DNA of 64,000 nucleotides, from IMG/VR virus record IMGVR_UViG_3300045988_155525. One strand, given 5' to 3'. Every line of letters starts with the position of its first letter. Position 1 is the first letter of the stretch. Below are positions 61,167-64,000 of this stretch, in pieces. The DNA comes from a virus. A model generated the notes under the pieces. That model was not told the DNA's origin and did no database searches. It saw only the letters and a program-made list of their open reading frames with translations. The position numbers and the translations under genes were made by a program.

Positions 61167-63662
61167 ATGCCAAGAAAGGATAAGATAAAAGAACAGAAAT
61201 ATCTTAATCAGGAACAACTAAAGACTTTAGCAAAGGTAAGTAAAGATGTATTTTTCTTTTCTACCTTTTGTTATGTTGTAAATCCTGTAACTGGTATGGT
61301 TAAATTTGATTTATACCCATATCAAAAATCAGTATTGTATCAGTTTTTGAAAGAGAGGTTCAATATAATCCTTAAGTTCAGACAAGCTGGTATAACTGAA
61401 TTGATTGCTATGTATTGTTTATGGTTAACCATGTATCACCCAAATAAAAAGGTTAACATTATTTCAATCAAGGATACAGTAGCAAAGAAAGTTCTTAAAA
61501 AAATCAAGTTCATGTATAAAAATCTACCTTGGTATTTACAAACACCAATTACCAATGGTAGATTTGGAGAATATGGTTCAGCATCTACAATTGAATTTTC
61601 AAATGGGTCAATAATAGAATCCATACCTACCTCTGACCAAGCTGGTCGTTCTGAATCTCTTTCTTTATTGGTTATTGATGAAGCAGCTATAGTTAGGTGG
61701 GCTTCTACTATATGGGCTTCTGCATTCCCAACCCTTTCAACTGGTGGTTCAGCTATTGTAAATTCTTGTATCACTGGAGATACTCAGATAATCGGCAAAG
61801 ATGGTTCCTTTAGGGTTGATTCTATATGTCCAAAGACTTTTGGTAAGATGGACATATCTCATCTTGGGCTAAAAGTATTATCACATACAGGTAAGTGGCA
61901 GAGAGTACTTGGTTCCGTAAATAAAGGTGTACTGAAAACTTGGGAAGTTCATAATGAACAAGGTAAAGTTATTAAGTGTACTCCAAAACATAAGCTATAT
62001 ACCATAGAGGGTTGGTTACCTGTTTCAGAAATAATCAAACGAGATATACCAGCTATATTTTATCATACTGGTATAGGTGACCTGGAGCAGAATCCAGTAA
62101 CTATAAAACCCAAGAAAGAAATATGTAAACCTATACCAGGCTATCCAAACTATGAAGTATCCAACTGGGGGAGAATATTCATTATAAAAAATGGGACAAG
62201 GATAGAGAAGCTACCAAGACCATGTTCAGGTAGGGAACGATATCTTAATATTCAGCTTTGGAATCAAGGTCAAAAGAAAAAGATATGTGTCCACAATTTG
62301 GTGGCTAAAGTATTCTTAGGAGAAATTCCAGAAGGGTATGTAGTTGACCACATTAACAACAATCCTTCTGATAACTATGTAACCAACTTACAGATAGTTA
62401 CAGTAGCTGAGAATGGTAAAAAAGCTGCAAAACATTCTTATGGAATGAGGCTTGGGTCTAAATTGAAAGGTGGATTCAACTACGATTTAAGAGTGGTAGC
62501 TTACATAAGATATCGTTATCAGGAACTTGGTTACTATTATGGAGTATTAGAGAAGATATCCCAGGAGGTTGAGAATAAGTTCGGAGTTAAGCTGAGTAAA
62601 CCTTATATTCAATGTGTTGTATCTGGTAAACGTGGTACTAGTATATACCTTTCTAAGCTAAAAGTAGTTAGGGAGTATTATGATACCATTTATGATATTT
62701 GTGTTGAAAATGATGAATCTTACCTCATAAATGAAGACTATGTGTCTCATAACACGCCTTACGGTATAGGTAATTTCTTTCATGGTACTTGGGTAGATGC
62801 TTTATCTGGTGGTAACCCATTTAACCCAATAAGGTTATATTGGCAAATGCACCCAGAAAGAGATGAAAAATGGTATCTAGAAATGTCAAGTGCTCTTGGT
62901 CCTAAAAGAACTGCACAAGAAATAGATGGTGACTTTTTATCTTCAGGTAATACAGTATTTGATTTAGTTGATATAAAAGCCATAGAAGATACTCTTAGTG
63001 AATATACTCCAATTAAAACTAGGTTAGGAGGACAATACCGAGAATTTAACGAACCAATAGATGGTACAGATTACTATATAGGAGCAGACTGTGCAACTGG
63101 TAGAGGTACAGACTACTCCTCTTTTACTTGTATGGATTCCAAAGGAGAAGAACAAGTAATATACAAAGGTAAGATACCACTAAACCAGTATGCTAAACTT
63201 CTAGGAGATACTGGAGAAAAGTTTAATTTTGCCAAAATTGCTCCAGAAACCAATGATATTGGTATGGCAGTAACTTTACAACTTCAAGATGAAGGTTATC
63301 CTAACTTATACTTCTCTACAAAACTTCTGAAAAATAAAAAAGGAGGTAGACCAGAAGAAGAAAAAGTACCTGGATGGTTAACTACTCAGAAAAATAGGAG
63401 CCTAATTATTGAAAGCTTAGAGAAAGACATAAGAGAAGATTTGTTAATAATCAAAGACCCATTTTTTGTACAAGAAGCCTATACATTCATATATGATGGT
63501 TTAGGTAGACCAGTTGCTAGGGGTAAACATAAGTCATTAAATTCTTCAATTGATATAGATTTAGAAGCTCAGGCTTATTCTGATGATGATATATTTGGCA
63601 AAGCTATATGTAACCATATAAGAAAATCCCCCAGAAATGATACCATTGTTTTACCTCTGTAA
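61167..63662 (+). CDS. terL: Terminase large subunit, interrupted by an in-frame intein
   Basis: ATPase motifs KFRQAGITE and LLVIDEAA. The extein junction reads ...GGSAIVNS|TPYGIGNFFHG. C-terminal nuclease half. Confidence 0.85.
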   Translation: MPRKDKIKEQKYLNQEQLKTLAKVSKDVFFFSTFCYVVNPVTGMVKFDLYPYQKSVLYQFLKERFNIILKFRQAGITELIAMYCLWLTMYHPNKKVNIISIKDTVAKKVLKKIKFMYKNLPWYLQTPITNGRFGEYGSASTIEFSNGSIIESIPTSDQAGRSESLSLLVIDEAAIVRWASTIWASAFPTLSTGGSAIVNSCITGDTQIIGKDGSFRVDSICPKTFGKMDISHLGLKVLSHTGKWQRVLGSVNKGVLKTWEVHNEQGKVIKCTPKHKLYTIEGWLPVSEIIKRDIPAIFYHTGIGDLEQNPVTIKPKKEICKPIPGYPNYEVSNWGRIFIIKNGTRIEKLPRPCSGRERYLNIQLWNQGQKKKICVHNLVAKVFLGEIPEGYVVDHINNNPSDNYVTNLQIVTVAENGKKAAKHSYGMRLGSKLKGGFNYDLRVVAYIRYRYQELGYYYGVLEKISQEVENKFGVKLSKPYIQCVVSGKRGTSIYLSKLKVVREYYDTIYDICVENDESYLINEDYVSHNTPYGIGNFFHGTWVDALSGGNPFNPIRLYWQMHPERDEKWYLEMSSALGPKRTAQEIDGDFLSSGNTVFDLVDIKAIEDTLSEYTPIKTRLGGQYREFNEPIDGTDYYIGADCATGRGTDYSSFTCMDSKGEEQVIYKGKIPLNQYAKLLGDTGEKFNFAKIAPETNDIGMAVTLQLQDEGYPNLYFSTKLLKNKKGGRPEEEKVPGWLTTQKNRSLIIESLEKDIREDLLIIKDPFFVQEAYTFIYDGLGRPVARGKHKSLNSSIDIDLEAQAYSDDDIFGKAICNHIRKSPRNDTIVLPL
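61767..62753 (+). mobile_element. Class 1 intein (329 aa) carrying a NUMOD4 + HNH-type homing endonuclease
   Basis: N-terminal CITGDTQIIGKDG (block A) and CTPKHKLYT (TxxH, block B). HNH region PGYPNYEVSNWGRIF...VHNLVAKVF...VVDHINNNPSDNYVTNLQIVT (about 62130-62430). C-terminal YDICVENDESYLINEDYVSHN|T. Confidence 0.8.
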
Positions 63663-63680
63663 ATCAAATTTCAAAATCAT

Positions 63681-64000
63681 ATGCCTAAATTAAATTGGAA
63701 AATTTTTAGTAGGAAACCAGTTGAGAAGGATATCCCTACTAAAATCAGTCAGAAAGAAGATGAGAAAAGTGATGGTACTATTTCCCCCGGTAGAGTATCA
63801 GTTCCTGATAATAGTGGTATAATCTCTACTTTAAAAAATCTTACCAATCTGGTAGAACCATCCTTTAGGAAAGAGTTAATACCATTAATAAGAGACCTTT
63901 ATAAGGTAAATCCAGATGTAAGTATATCTTTACAGGATATGTTTAAATTGGCTAATACTGGCCATACTATATCATTTCCAAAAGATACCTCAGAGAACTC
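63681..64000 (+). CDS. Probable portal protein (5' part; runs off the window)
   Basis: ATG at 63681. The frame is open to the end of the window (MPKLNWKIFSRKPVEKD...). Lies directly after terL. Confidence 0.45.
   Translation, partial: MPKLNWKIFSRKPVEKDIPTKISQKEDEKSDGTISPGRVSVPDNSGIISTLKNLTNLVEPSFRKELIPLIRDLYKVNPDVSISLQDMFKLANTGHTISFPKDTSEN

Noticed and set aside
61436-62983. Minus-strand ORFs 61436-61774 and 62780-62983
   Set aside because: They lie inside the terminase/intein gene, whose + strand motifs are unambiguous.
1-64000. Temperate lifestyle / attP interpretation of the GC-rich island
   Set aside because: No integrase, excisionase or CI/Cro-like repressor was recognised anywhere in the window. 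The island contains no tRNA-like 3' fragment (no T-arm consensus). A few kb of the genome are outside the window, so this is not excluded.

Overview
This window looks like most of the genome of an AT-rich, contractile-tailed dsDNA phage. Nearly all genes are on the + strand. The host is probably a member of the Bacteroidota. This rests on nine intergenic copies of TATATTTGCA, which fit the Bacteroidota -7 promoter consensus TAnnTTTG, and on BACON/Ig-like virion proteins.

Gene order:
- 1-5.9 kb: head-proximal Ig/BACON-like and fibre-like proteins, plus neck proteins.
- 5.9-18.9 kb: a Mu/P2-like tail and baseplate module. It runs sheath, tube, chaperone with a -1 frameshift, tape measure, LysM gpX, hub, spike, gpW, gpJ, gpI.
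- 19.6 kb: amidase endolysin.
- 20.2-20.9 kb: a minus-strand sigma-like gene.
- 21-41 kb: replication, nucleotide metabolism and recombination. This includes DnaB-like helicase, primase, SF2 helicase, dUTPase, a second all-alpha NTP pyrophosphatase, ThyA plus ThyA-fold paralogues, 2 tRNAs, family A DNA polymerase, gp32-like SSB, RecA/UvsX, FEN, a P-loop kinase, Mre11/Rad50 and a resolvase-like nuclease.
- 41-43 kb: NusG-like and HTH regulators.
- 43-55 kb: a block of small genes of unknown function, punctuated by a repeated promoter-leader cassette and hairpin terminators.
- 55.4-57.1 kb: an ORF-free, repeat-rich region containing a GC-rich island.
- 58.5-60.3 kb: a small minus-strand cassette plus a C5-methyltransferase-like gene.
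- 61.2-63.7 kb: a large terminase interrupted by an HNH-containing intein, followed by the start of a probable portal gene.

Most worth following up:
- the T4-like pyrimidine-replacement gene set
- the non-coding repeat/GC-island region
- the conserved promoter-leader cassettes
- the 37-Glu protein and its paralogue
- the palindrome-rich region upstream of the terminase operon

All functional calls come from motif and architecture recognition by eye. No database search was run.
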